Shown here: one piece after another, positions 13,071 to 27,300 of the stretch
Position numbering within the stretch: position 1 is the first letter of the stretch
Layout: every line of letters begins with the position of its first letter
Source: the human T2T-CHM13v2.0 reference genome, Homo sapiens
Length of the DNA: 64,000 bases
NCBI RefSeq assembly: GCF_009914755.1
Contig: NC_060948.1
Reading direction: 5' to 3' (one strand)
Made by a program: the position numbers and the translations under genes
Notes under the pieces: model-generated
Seen by the model: only the letters and a program-made list of their open reading frames with translations
Database searches by the model: none
Told to the model about the DNA's origin: nothing

Positions 13071-16000
13071 CATTCCATTCCACTCCACTCCACTCTACAT
13101 CACTCCACTCCACTCAACTCCGTTCAATCCCATTGCATTCCGCTCCATTGAACTCCACTTCACCGCACTCCACTCCACTTCGTTCCATTCCACTCCACCA
13201 CCTTCCGTTCTACTCCACTACAATCCACTGCAGTGCACTACTCTCCACTCCATTCTATTCCGCTCTATTCCATTCCATTCCTTTTCTTCTACAGGCTATA
13301 TCTTTGTCACTCAGGCTGGAGTGCAGTGGCACAATCTCAGCTCACATTTCCTTCACCATTCTATTCCATTCCACTGAATTCCATTCCATACCATTCTGCT
13401 TCATTCCATTACATTACGTTCCATTTAATTCCAATCTATTGCACTGCACTCCTCTCCACACTACTCCATGCCATTCCATTCTATTACATTGCATTTCAAT
13501 CCACTCCATTGAACTACATTCCACTCCAATTTTTTCCATTACATCCCGTTTCATTTCACTCCATTCCACTCCTCTCCACTCTACTGCATTCCACTCTTCT
13601 CCACTCTATTCCATTGGATTCCATTCCATTCGATTCCATTCCATTCCACTCCTTTCCTTTCCTTTCCATTCCATTCATCTCCATTCCATACCATTCCATT
13701 CCATTCCATTCCATTCCATTCCATTCCATTCATCTCTATTCCATTCCATTCATTCCTTTTAACATCATCTCACACTGTCACGCAGGCTGGAGTTCAGTGA
13801 TAGAAGCTCAGCTCACTTTACATTTCACCATTCCATTCCATTCCATTCCATTCCATTCCATTCCATTCCATTCCATTCCATTCCATTCCTTTGTGTTCCA
13901 TTCCACTCAACTGCACTAAATCCCACTCCACTCCACTCCCTTCAGTTCCATTCCATTCCATTTCATTCCATTCTATTCCATTCTGCTTCATTCCATTACA
14001 CTACGTTCCATTTAATTCCAATCTGTTTCAGTGCACTCCTCTCCACACTACTCCATGCCATTCCATTCTATTACATTCCAGTTCAATCCACTCCATTGCA
14101 CTACATTCCACTCCAATTTTTTCCATTACATCCCGTTTCATTTCACTCCATTCCACTCCTCTCCACTCTATTCCATTCGATTCCATTCCATTCGATTCCA
14201 TTCCATTCCACTCCTTTCCTTTCCATTCCATTCCATTCCATTCCATTCCATTCCATTCCATTCCATTCCATTCCATTCCATTCTATTCCATTCCATTCCA
14301 TTCCATTCCATTCATCTCCATTCCATTCCATTCCATTCCATTCCATTCCATTCCATTCCATTCATCTCCATTCCATTCCATTCCATTCCATTCCATTCCA
14401 TTCATCTCTATTCCATTCCATTCATTCCTTTTAACATCATCTCACACTGTCACGCAGGCTGGAGTTCAGTGATAGAATCTCAGCTCACATTACATTTAAC
14501 CATTCCATTCCATTCCATTCCATTCCATTCCATTCCATTCCATTCCATTCCATTCCATTCCTTTGTGTTCCATTCCACACAACTGCACTGAATCCCACTC
14601 CACTCCACTCCCTTCAGTTCCATTCCATTCCATTCCATTCCATTCCATTGCATTCCATTCCATTCCATTCCATTCCATTCCATTCCATTCCATTCCATTC
14701 CATTTCATTCCATTCCACTCCATTCCAGTCCATTCCATTACATTCCACTCCATTCCATTCCTTTCCATTCCACTCCATCCCATTCCATTCAAATCTTTTC
14801 CACACGACTCCACTCCACTGCACTCCATTCCACAACACTCCACTCCTCTCCAATCAACTCTATTCCATTCCTTTTCATTTGATCCCATTCCATTCCACTC
14901 TGTTCCACTCCACTCCACTCCTTTCCTTTCCATTCCATTCCATTTCACTCCATTCCATTCAATTCTTTCCTTCGACAGGATCTCACTCTGTCACACAGGC
15001 TGGAGTGCAGTGGCACAATCTCAGCTTACATTACATTTCACCATTCCATTCCTTTCCACTTTATTCCACTCCACTCCACTCAAGTTCACTTCACTCATTT
15101 CCATTCCTTTCCACTGCACTCCACTCCACTCCTCTACCCTGCATTCCATCCCCTTCCATTCCACTCCATTCCCCTCCAATCCACTCCACTCCATTCCATT
15201 CCATTCCATTCCATTCCAATACACTCCAGTACATCACACACTTTTCATTCGACAATATCTCACTTTTTCCCCCAGGCTGGAATGCAGTGGCACAATCACA
15301 GCTCACCTTACATTTAACCATTCCATTCCATTCCATTACATTTCAGTGCATAACATTGTATTCCATTAGGTAACATTCCGTTCAGTTCTCTTCCACGCCA
15401 CTCCATTCCACTCCACTCCACTCCAGTCCACTCCAATCAACTTCATTCCATTCCATTCCCTCCCATTTCACTCCATTCCAAACCACTCCACTCCACACCA
15501 TTCCATTCCACTCCATTCCTTTCCTTTCCACTCCATTCCATTCCATTCCATTCCATTCCATTCCATTCCATTCCATTCCATTCCATTCCATTGCACTCCA
15601 TTACATCACATACTTTTCTTTCGACAATATCTCACTTTGTCCCCCTGGCTGGAATTCAGTAGCACAATCTCAGCTCACCTTTCATTTAACCATTCCATTC
15701 CATTACATTACATTTCAGTACATAACATTCTATTCCATTACGTAACATTCCGTTCAGTTCCATTCTACTGAACTCCATTCCACTCCACTCCACTCCAGTC
15801 CACTCCAATCCACTTCATTCCATTCCATTCCATCCCATTCCATTCCACTCCATTCCACTCCACTCCACTCCACTCCACTCCATTCTATTCCACTCTATTC
15901 TATTCCAATCCATTTTTTTCCATTCCACTCCATTCCATTCCACTCCATTCCACTCCATTCCATTAAACTCCTCTCTATTCCATTGCCTACTTTCGACAGA

Positions 16001-19000
16001 ATCTCGCTCTGTGACACAGGCTTGATTTCAGTAGCACAATCTCATCTCACATTTCATTTCACCATACCATTCCACTGCATTCCACTCCACTCCACTCCAC
16101 TCCACACCAATCCGCGCCATTCCACTCCATATCATTCCACTCCATTTCATTCCATTCATTTGTTTCAACAGTACCTCACTCTGTTACCTGGGCTGGAGTG
16201 CAGAGGCCCAACCTCAACTCACATTTCATTAAACTGTCCCATTCCATTCCATTCCATTCCATTCCATTCCATTCCATTCCATTCCATTCCATTCCATTCT
16301 ATTAAATTCCATTCCATTTCATGCTATTATATTCCATTCCACTCCACTCCACTCCATTACATTCCATTCCACTCAACTCTACTCCACTCCACTCCAGTCC
16401 ACTTCATTCCATTCCATCCCATTCCACTCCCCTCCACTCCATTCCTCCCAAATCCCCTTCCATTCCATTCCATTCCATTCCATTCCAATCCACTCCGCTC
16501 CACTCCACTCCACTCCACTCCATTCCATTACACTCCATTCCTCTCCTTGCCATTCCACTCCGTTCTTTTCACAGGATCTCACTTTGTCACCAAGGCTGGA
16601 GTAACATGGCATAATCTCAGCTCACATTTCATTTCAACATTCTATTGTAGTCCATTACAATGCATTCCATTCCATTCTATTTCATTCCATTCCATTCCAC
16701 TCCACTCCACTCTGCTGCATTCCATTCCATTCCATTTCACTCCGTTCCTCGCCAATCTACCCCACTCCTCTCCACTCCATTGTATTCCATTCCACTCCCT
16801 TCCATTGCATTCCTATCTTTCAACAGGATCTCACTCTGTCATCCAGGATGGAGTGCAGTGGCAAAATCTCAGCTCACATTTCCTTTCACCAATCCTTTCC
16901 ATTCCATTAAATTCCATTCCTTTCTCCTCCATTCCACTCCAGTCCACTCCACTCCGCTCCATTCCACTCCAGTCCACTCCACTCCAATCTAGCCCAATCC
17001 ACTCTATTCCACTCAATCCCTTTCCATTCCACGGAATTACAATCCAGTCCACTCCACTCCACTCCTCTCCATTGCATTCCATCATATTCCATTCCACTCC
17101 ATTGCAGTCCACTCCACTCCACTCCTCTCCACTCCATTCCATTCCATTCCATTCCTCTCCATTCCATTCCACTCCGATCCACACCACTCCACACGACTCC
17201 CCTCCACTCCATTCCACTCACCTCCACTCCATTCCATTCCACTCCACTACATTCCATTCGATTCCACTCCATTCCATTCCATTCCCCTCCATTCCATTCC
17301 ATTCCATTCCATTCCATTCCATTCCATTCCATTCCATTCCATTCCATTCCATTCCATTCCATTCCTTTGCATTCCATTCCATTCCACTCGTTTGCATTCC
17401 ATTCCTTTCTTTTGACAGGATCTCACTCTGTCACCCTGGCTCATGTACTCCATTCCACTCCATTCCATTCCATTCCATTCCCTTCCTCTCCATTCCATTC
17501 CACTCCAATCCACACCACTCCACACGACTCCCCTCCACTCCATTCCACTCAACTCCACTCCATTCCATTCCATTCCACTCCATTCCATTCCATTCCACTC
17601 CATTCCACTCCATTCCATTCCATTCCACTCCATTCCATTCCATTCCACTCTATTCCATTCCATTACATTCCATTCCACTCCTTTGCATTCCATTCCTTTC
17701 TTTTGACAGGATCTCACTCTGTCACCCTGGCTCACGTGCAGTGGCGTAATCTCAGTTCACGTTACATTTCACCATTGCATTCAATTCCATTTCCTTCCAT
17801 TTCCGTTCCATTCCACTCCAATCCACTCCACTCCAGTTCATTCAATTCCGCTCCATCCCATTTCATTCCACTCCAATCCACTCCAGTCCACTCCATTCCA
17901 TGCCTTTCCTTCCAATTCCATTCTACTTTATTCCTTTCCAATCCATTCTAGTCCATTCCATTCAATACTTTTCTTTTGAAATGATCTCACTCATTCACAC
18001 AGGCTGGAGTGCAGTGGGAATATCTGAGCTCACACTTCATTCCACCATTCCATTGCACTCCATTCCACTCCACTCCACTCCACCCCACTCCACTCCATTA
18101 AATCCCAATCCATTCCATTCCCCTCCACTCCATTCCATTCCACTCCATCCCATTTCATTCCACACCACTACACTCCACTACACTACACTCTCTGCCATTC
18201 CATCCCATTTGTCTCCATTCCATTCCATTCCATTTGATTCCATTCCACTCCATTGCATTCCATTCCTTTATTTCGACAGTATCTCACTCTGTCACACAGG
18301 CAGGAGTGCAGTGGCACAATCTCAGCTCACATTTCGTTTCACCGTTTCATTTCACTCCATTCCACTCCATTCCACCACACCACACTCCACTCCACTCCAC
18401 TCCACTCCATTCCACTCCACTCCACTCCATTAAATCCCAATCCATTCCATTCCACTCCATTCCATTCCATTCCTTTGTTTTCTTTCGACAGGATCTCACT
18501 CTGTCACGCAGGGTGGAGTGCAGTGGCACAATCTCAGCTGACATTTCATTTCAATATTCCATCTCATTCCATGCCATTCCACTCTACTCCACTCCACTCC
18601 ACTCTAGTCCATTCCGTTCCATTCCACTCCACTCCTTTCCATTCCTTTCCTTTCTTTTGACAGGATCTCACTCTATCAAACAGGCTGGAGTGTAGTGGCA
18701 CAATCTCACCTCAAATTTCACTTCAAACTTCCATTCCTTTCCGTTCCATTCCATTCAATTCCATTCCATTCCATTATACTCCATTCCACTCATCTCCACT
18801 CCATTGCTTTCCATTCCACTCAACTTCACTCCACTCCTTTCCACTCCACTACATTACATCCCATTCTGTCCCACTCCATTCCACTCCACTCCACACCAAT
18901 CTACTCAATTCCATTTCATTACATCACATTCCATTCCATTCCATTCCACTCCACTCCAATCCACTCAACTGAACTTTCTATTCCATTCCATTCCATTCTA

Positions 19001-21310
19001 TTCCACTCCACTCAATCCAATTCACTCCATTGCATTCCATCCCATTTCATTCCACTCCACTCCACACCACTCCACTCCACTCCATTCCATGCCATTCCTT
19101 CCAATTCCATTCTATTCCGTTCCATTCCAATCCATTCCTGTGCATTCCATTCAATTCGTTTCTTTTGAAATGATCTCAGTCACACTGGCTGGAGTGCAGT
19201 GGGAAAATCTGAGCTCACGTTTCATTCAACTCCACTCCACTCCACCCCACTCCACTCCATTCCACTCCATTCCATCCCAATCCATTGCATTCCACTCCAT
19301 TCCATTCCTTTCCTTTCGTCAGAATATCACTCTTTCACGCAGGGTGTAGTGCAGTGGCACAATCTCAGTTCACATTTCATTTCAACTTTCTACTCCATAG
19401 CATTCCATTGCAGTCCCTTTTTTTCCACTCCTTTCTTTTGACAGGATCTCACTCTGTCACTCAGGGTGGAGTGCAGTCGTATAATCTCAGCTCACATTAC
19501 ATTTCATCATGGCATTCCATTCCATTCCACTCGTTTTGTCTCCATTTCACTCTACTCCACTCCACTCCACTGCACTCCTTTTCATACCATTCCATTCCAC
19601 TCCACTTCACTCTAATCCACTCAATTCCATTCTATCCCATTCCATTCCGCTCTACTCCACTCCACTCCACTACACTCCATTCCATTCCACTCTATCCCGT
19701 TTCATTCCACACTATTACGGTCCACTACACTCCATTTCCTGCCATTCCACCCCATTTCATTCCTTTCCATTCCTGTCCATTTGATTCCATTCCACTCCAC
19801 TGCATTCCATTCCTTTTTTTCAACAGTATCTCACTCGGTTACACAGGCTGTTGTGCAGTGGCACAATCTCAGCTCATAATTCATTTCACCATTTCATTTC
19901 CCTCCATACCACTCCACTACACTACACCACACCCCACTCCACTCCACTCCACTCCACTCCATTAAAACCAAATCCATTCCATTCCACTCCATTCCACTCC
20001 ATTCTTTGCTTTCTTTCAATAGGATCTAACTCTGTCATGCAGGGTGGAGTGTAGTGGTACAATCTCAGCTCACATTTCATTTCAATATTCCTTCCCATTC
20101 CATTCCATTCCATTCCACTCCACTCCACTCCACTACTCTCCACTCCACTCCACTCCATTGCATTTTATTCCATCCCAGTCCATTCCACTCCATTCTACAC
20201 CACTCCACTCCACTCCATTGCGTTACATTCCAACTGATTCCATTCCATCCCACTCCATCGAATTCCATTCCACTCCATTCCATTCCATTCCATTCCATTC
20301 CAGTCCACTCCACTCCACTCCAATTCACTCCAATCCATTCCATCCCATTTCATTCCACTCCACACCAATCCATTCAATTCAGTCCAATTCTATTTTATTC
20401 CATTCCATTCAATTTGTTTCTTTTGAAAGGATCTCACTCAGTCACACTGGCTGGAGTGCAGTGGGAAAATTTGAGCTTGCATTTCATTTCACAATTCCAT
20501 TACACTCCATTCCACTCCACTCCAACCCACTCCACTCCATTCCACTCCATTCCATCTGAATCCATTCCATTCCACTGCATTCCATTCCTTTCCTTTCTTT
20601 CATCAGGATAGCACTCTTTCACGCAGGGTGGAGTGCAGTGGCACAATCTCAGTTCACATTTCGTTTCAACTTTCCACTCCACAGCATTCCATTGCAGTCC
20701 GTTTCTTTCCATTCCTTTCTTTTGACAGGATCTCACTCTGTCACTCTGTGTGGAGTGCAGTCGCGTAATCTCAGCTTACATTAGATTTCAGGATTGCTTT
20801 CCATTGCATTCCACTCCACTCCATTCCATTCCATTCGATTCCATTCCTTTCCACTCTACTCCACTCCACTGCCCTCCATTTCATACCATTCCATTCTACT
20901 CCACTCCACTCCAATCCACTCAATTCCAATCCATTCCATTCCATTCCACTCCACTCCACTCTATTCCATTCCACTCCATCCCATTTCATTCCACACCACT
21001 ACACTTCACTACATTCCATTCTGGGACATTCCATCCCATTTCATTCCATTCCATTTGATTCCATTCCTTTTTTTCGACAGTATCTCACCCTGTCACACAG
21101 GCTGTGGTGCAGTGGCACAATCTCAGCTCACAATTCATTTCCCTCAGTACCACTCCATTCCACTACACCACACTCCAATCCACTCCACTCCATTAAATCC
21201 CAGTCCATTCCATTCCACTCCATTCCATTCCTTTGCTTTCTTTCAATAGGATCTCACTCTGTCACGCAGGGTGGAGTGCAGTGGCACAATCTCAGCTCAC
21301 ATTTCATTTC
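13070..21310 (+). repeat. Rearranged second copy of the ~780-12150 block (initial offset ~12.3 kb)
   Basis: Distinctive text 'cccattgcattccgctccatt..acttcaccgcactcc..ccttccgttctactccactacaatccactgcagtgcac' occurs at ~830-940 and ~13130-13240. Cassette pairs: 992/13290, 1935/14974, 5893/15995, 8123/18659, 9946/19167, 11903/21076. Confidence 0.85.
14974..15029 (-). mobile_element. Near-consensus Alu 3'-fragment cassette
   Basis: gacaggatctcactctgtcacacaggctggagtgcagtggcacaatctcagcttac, flanked by a T/C tract upstream and attacatttcaccattcc downstream. Confidence 0.92.
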
Positions 21311-24300
21311 AATATTCCATCCCATTCCAAACCATTCCACTCCACTCCACTCCAATCCACTCCACTCCAATCCACTCCACCCAATTCCATTCCATTCCAT
21401 TCCATTCCATTCCATTCCATTCCATTCCATTCCTTCCCTTTCCATTCCATTCCATTCCACTTCCTTCCACTCCTTTCCTTTCTTTTGACAGGCTCTCACT
21501 CCATCAAACAGGCTGGAGTGTTGTATCACAATCTCACCTCAAATTTCACTCCACCATTCCATTCCATTCCATTCCTTTCCTTTCCATTCCATTCCATGCC
21601 ATTCCACTCCTTTCCATTCCTTTCCTTTCTTTTGATAGGGTCTCACTCCATCAAAGAGGCTGGAGTGTAGTGGCACAATCTCACCTCAAATTTCACTCCA
21701 CCATTCCATTCCATTCCATTCCATTCCATTCTACTCAACTTCAATCAACTCCACTGCATTCCACTCCATTCCACTCCAGTTCACTCCACTCCTTTCCACT
21801 CCTCTACATTACTTCCCATTTTATCCCACTCCATTCCACACCACTCCACTCCACTCCAATCTACTCAATTCCATTGCATTACATCACATTCCATTCCATT
21901 CCATTCAATTCCAATCCACTCCAATCCACTCAACTGCAATCCTCTATATTGCATTCCATTCCCTTCCATTCCATTACATCACATTCCATTCCATTCTATT
22001 CCATTCCACTCCACGCCACTCTACTCCACTCCAATTCACTCCATTCCATTCCATCCCATTTCATTCCACTCCAATCCACTCCACTCCATTACATGTCATT
22101 CCATCCGATTACATTCTCTTCCATTCCATTCCAATCCATTCCAGTCCATTCCATTCCATTCGTTTCTTTTGAAACGATCTTACTCAGTCACACATGGTGG
22201 AGTTCAGTGGGAATATCTGAGCTCACACTACATTTCACCATTCCATTGCACTCCATTCCACTCCATTCCACTCCCCTCCACTCCACCCCACTCAATTCTA
22301 TTCCACTCCATTCAATCCTAATCCATTCCATTCCTCTCCATTCAATTCCTTTCCTTTCTTTCGTCAGGATATCACTCTTTGACGCAGGGTGGAGTGCAGT
22401 GACACAATGTCAGTTCACATTTCCTTTTAACTTTCCACTCCATAGCATTCCAATGCAGTCCATTTCTTTCCATTCCTTTCTTTTCAGAGGATCTCACTCT
22501 GTCACTCAGGGTGGAGTGCAGTCGCATAATCTCAGCTCACATTATATTTCAGGATTGTGTTCCATTCCATTCCACTTTATTCCACTCCATTCGATACCAT
22601 TCCATTCCACTCTATTCCACTCCACCGCACTCCATTTCATACCATTCCATTCCGCTCCACTCCACTCTAATCCACTCAATTTGATTCCATCCCATTCCAT
22701 TCCACTCCACTCCAGTACATTCCATTCCACTCCATCCCATTTCATTCCACCCCACTACACTCCATTCCCTGCCATTCCATCCCATTCCATTCCATTCCAT
22801 TCCATTCCATTCCATTCCATTCCATTCCATTCCACTCCATGCCATTTGATTCCATTCCACTCCATTGCATTCCATTCCATTAAACTCCATGCCATTTGAT
22901 TCCATTCCACTCCATTGCATTCCATTCCTTTTCTTCAACAGCATCTCACTTACACAGGCTGGAGTGCAGTGACACAATCTCAGCTCACATTTCATTTATC
23001 CATTTCATTTCACTCCATACCACTCCACTCAACTACACCACACTCCACTCCACTCCACTCCACTCCTCTCCATTAAATCCCAATCCATGGCATCCTACTC
23101 CATTCCATTCCATTCCTTTGCTTTCTTTCGATAGGATCTCACTTTGTCACACAGGGTGGAGTGCAGTGGCACAATCTCAGCTCACATTTCATTTAAATAT
23201 TCCATCCCATTCCATCCCACTCCACTCCACTCAATTCCATTCCACTCCATTCCATTCTATTCCATTCAATTCCATTCCATTCCATTCTATTCCATTCTCT
23301 TCTATTCCATTCTATTCCAGACTATTCCATTCCATTCGACTCCTTTCCATTCCTTTCCTTTCTTTCGACAGGATCTCTTTCTATCAAACAGGCTGGAGTG
23401 TAGTGGCACTATCTCAGCTCAAATTTCACTTCACCATTCAATTCCATTCCTTTCTGTTCCATTCCATTCCACACCACTCCACTCCACTCCATTGCATTCC
23501 ATTCCTCTTCACTCCACTCCACTCTTCTCCACTACTCTACATTACATCTCTCTCTATCCCAGTCCATTGTACTCCACCTCACTCCACTCCAATCTACTCA
23601 ATTCCATTGCATTACATCACTTTCCATTCCATTCCACTCCACTCCAATCCACTCAATTCCACTCCTCTATATTACATTCCTTTTCATTCCATTCCAGTAC
23701 ACCGTATTACATTACACTTATTTCTTTGGACAGGATCTCACTCTGTCACACAGGGTAGAGTGCAGGGGCACAATCTCAGCTCACATTACATTTCACCATT
23801 CCATTCTATTTCTTTCCATTCCATTCCAATCCGTTCCATTCCATTCATTTCCGTTACACTTTACTCCACTCCATTCCACTCCACTCCACTACATTACACT
23901 TTACTCCACTCCAGTCCACTCCACTTCATTACACTTCATCCCATTCCATTCCACTCCATTCCACTCTACTGCACTCCACTCCACTCCATTCCATTCCATT
24001 CCATCCCAGTCCATTCCACTCCATTCTACACCACTCCACTCCACTCCATTCCATTGCATTCCAACCGAATCTATTCCAGCCCACTCCATTCCATTCCACT
24101 CCATTCCATTCCATTCCCTGCTTTCGACAGGATCTCTCTGTGTGACACAACCTGGAATGCAGTAGCACTATCTCATCTCACATTTCATTTGACCATTCCA
24201 TTCCACTACATTCCACTACACTTCAGTCCACTCCACTCCACTCTAATCCACGCCATTCCACTCCATTCAATTCCATTTCAGTCCATTCCACTCCATTCGA

Positions 24301-27300
24301 CACCACTCTAATCCACTCAACTCCACTTCATTCCAGTACAGTCCACTCCACTCCAGTCCACTCCACTTCATTACAGTCCATGCCATTCCATTCCACTGCA
24401 CTGCCCTTCACTCCACTACACGCCACTCCATTCCATTCCATTCCATCCCAGTTCATTGCACTCCCTTCCACACCACACCACTCCACTCCACTCCACTCCA
24501 CTCCATTCCATTCCAATCCATCCCATTCCATTCCATCCCATCCCATTCCATTCCATTCCATTCCATTCCATTCCATTCCATTCCATTCCATTCCATTCCA
24601 TTCCATTCCATCCCAGTGCATTCCCTTCCATTCCATTCCATTTCGTTCCATTCCATTCCTTTCTTTTGACAGGATCTCACTCTCTCACCTTGGCTGTAGT
24701 GAAGTGGCACAATCTTAGCTCACATTACATTTCATCATTGCATTCCATTCCATTCCTCTCCACTCCATTCTACTCCACTCCACTGCACTCCACTCCACTC
24801 CCTTCCACTACATTCCATCTCATTCCACTCCACTATGCCCCCCTCCATTCCATGGCATTTCATCCCATTCCCTTCCACTCCACTCCACTCCACTCCATTC
24901 CACTCCACTTTACTTCACTCCACTCCATTCCATTCCATTCCACTCCATTCCATTGCATTCCACTCCACTGCACTCTACGTCACTCCACTCCACTCCATTC
25001 CATACCTTTCCATTCCACTCAATTCTACTCCACTCCACTTCATTCCAATCCATCCCATTCCATTATACTCCATTCCCCACCACTCCACTCCACTTCATTC
25101 CATTTCATTCTATCCCATTCCATTCCACTTCAATCCACTCCACTGCACTCCACTCCACTCTATTAATTTCCTTTCCTTTCCATTCTACTCCATTCTATTT
25201 CATTCCTTTCTATCAAAAGGATCTCACTCTGTCACACAGGCTCCACTGCACTGGCCCAGTCTCAGCTTACATTTCATTTCACCATTCGATTCAATTGGAT
25301 TCCATTCCATTCCATTCCATTTCATTCCATTCCATTCCATTTCACTCCACTCCACTGCACTCCACTCCACTGCACGCCACTCCACTGCACGCCACTCCAC
25401 TGCACTCCATTCCATTCCATTCCATTCCATTCCATTCCATTCCATTCCATTTCACTCGACTCCATTCCAATCCACTCCACTCCGTTACACTCCATTCCAT
25501 TCCATCCCATTCATCCCATTCAATTTCCCTCTACTCCATTCCACTCCACTCCACTCCAATTCACTCCATTCCATTGCATGCCATTCCATTCCACTCCTCT
25601 CCATTCCACTCCACTCCACACTCCTCCTTTCCACTCCATCTCATTCCATTCCACTCCATTCCACTCCACTCAACTGCACTTCATTCCACTGTACTGCATT
25701 CCATTTCATTCCACTCCCTTCCATTTTTTTCCACTCCCTTACATTCCATTCCTTTCTTTCGACAGGATCTCATTCTCTCACACAGGCTGGAGTGTAGTGG
25801 CACAATCTCAGCTCACATTTCATTTCGACATTCTATTCCGTTGCATTCCATTGCACTCCGTTCCATTCTATTGCATTCCATTTCATTCCATTCCATTCCA
25901 TTCCTCTCCACTCCACTCCATTCTACTCCACTCCAGTCCACTCTGCTCCAGTACACTCCACTCCATTCCATTCATCTCCATTCCATTACTTTCCTTTCTT
26001 TCGACAGGATCTCACTCTTTCACCCAAGTTGGTGTGCAGTGGAAAAATCTCAGCTCACATTTCATTGCACCATACCATTCCATTCCATCCCATCCCACTC
26101 CATTCCTTTAAATTCCATTCCATTACAGTCCACTCCACTCCATTTCACTCCACTCCACACCACTCCACTCCTTTCCATCCACTCCATTCCACTCCATTCC
26201 ACTCTACTCCACTCCACTTCTTTACCATCCATCCCATTCCATTCCACTGCAATCCACTCCACTCCACTCCTGTCCACTCCATTCCATTCCATTCCATCCC
26301 ATTCCGTTCAAACCAATCAACTCCACTCCACTCCACTCCAGTTCACTCCATACCGTTCCATTCCATTCCACTCCTTTCCATTGCATTCCTTTCTTTCGAC
26401 AGGATCTTATTCTGTCTGCCAGGTTCGAGTGCAGTGGCACAATCTCAGCTCACATTTCATTGCACTATATTATTCCGTGCCATTCCACTCCACTCCATTC
26501 ATTTAAATTCCATTCCATTCTAGTCCACTCCACTCTACTCCACTTCACTCACTCTACTCCACACCACTCTACTCCACTCCATTCCATCCCATTCCATTCC
26601 ACACAACTCTACTCCACTCCATTCCATCCCATTCCATTCCACTCCACTCCACTTCTTTCCATTCCATTCCATTCCACTCCACTCCACTCCTCTCCACTCC
26701 ACTGCACTCCATTCCATTAAATTGCATTCCATTCCACTCCTTTCCTTTCCAATCCTTTCTCTTGAAAAGATCTCACTCTGTCACCCAGTCTGAAGTGCTG
26801 TGGCACAATCTTAACTCACATTTCATTTCACCATTCCATTGCATTCCATTTAATTGCATTCCTTTCCATTCTGTTCCATTACATTCCACCCCACTCAACT
26901 CCACTCCACTCCACTCCACCCTACTGCTGTCCATTCCATTCCATTCCTCTCCATTCCGCTCCACACTACTCCATTCCTCTCCACTCCATCCCATTCCATC
27001 CAATTCCATTCCATCCCATTCCAGTCAACTGCACTCCATTCCACTCCGTTGCATCCCATTGCATTCCACTCCACTCCACTCCATTTCACTGCACTCCACT
27101 CCACTCCATTTCATTCCACTCGATTTCATTCCATTAGACTCCACTCCACTCCTGTCCACTACTTTCCACTCCATTCCATTCCACTCCATTCTATTTCATT
27201 ACTTTTCTTCGACAGGATCTCACTCTGTCCCTCAGGCTTAAATGTAGTGCCACAATCTCAGCTCAAATTTCATTTCGCCCTGAATTGCATTCCATTCCAT

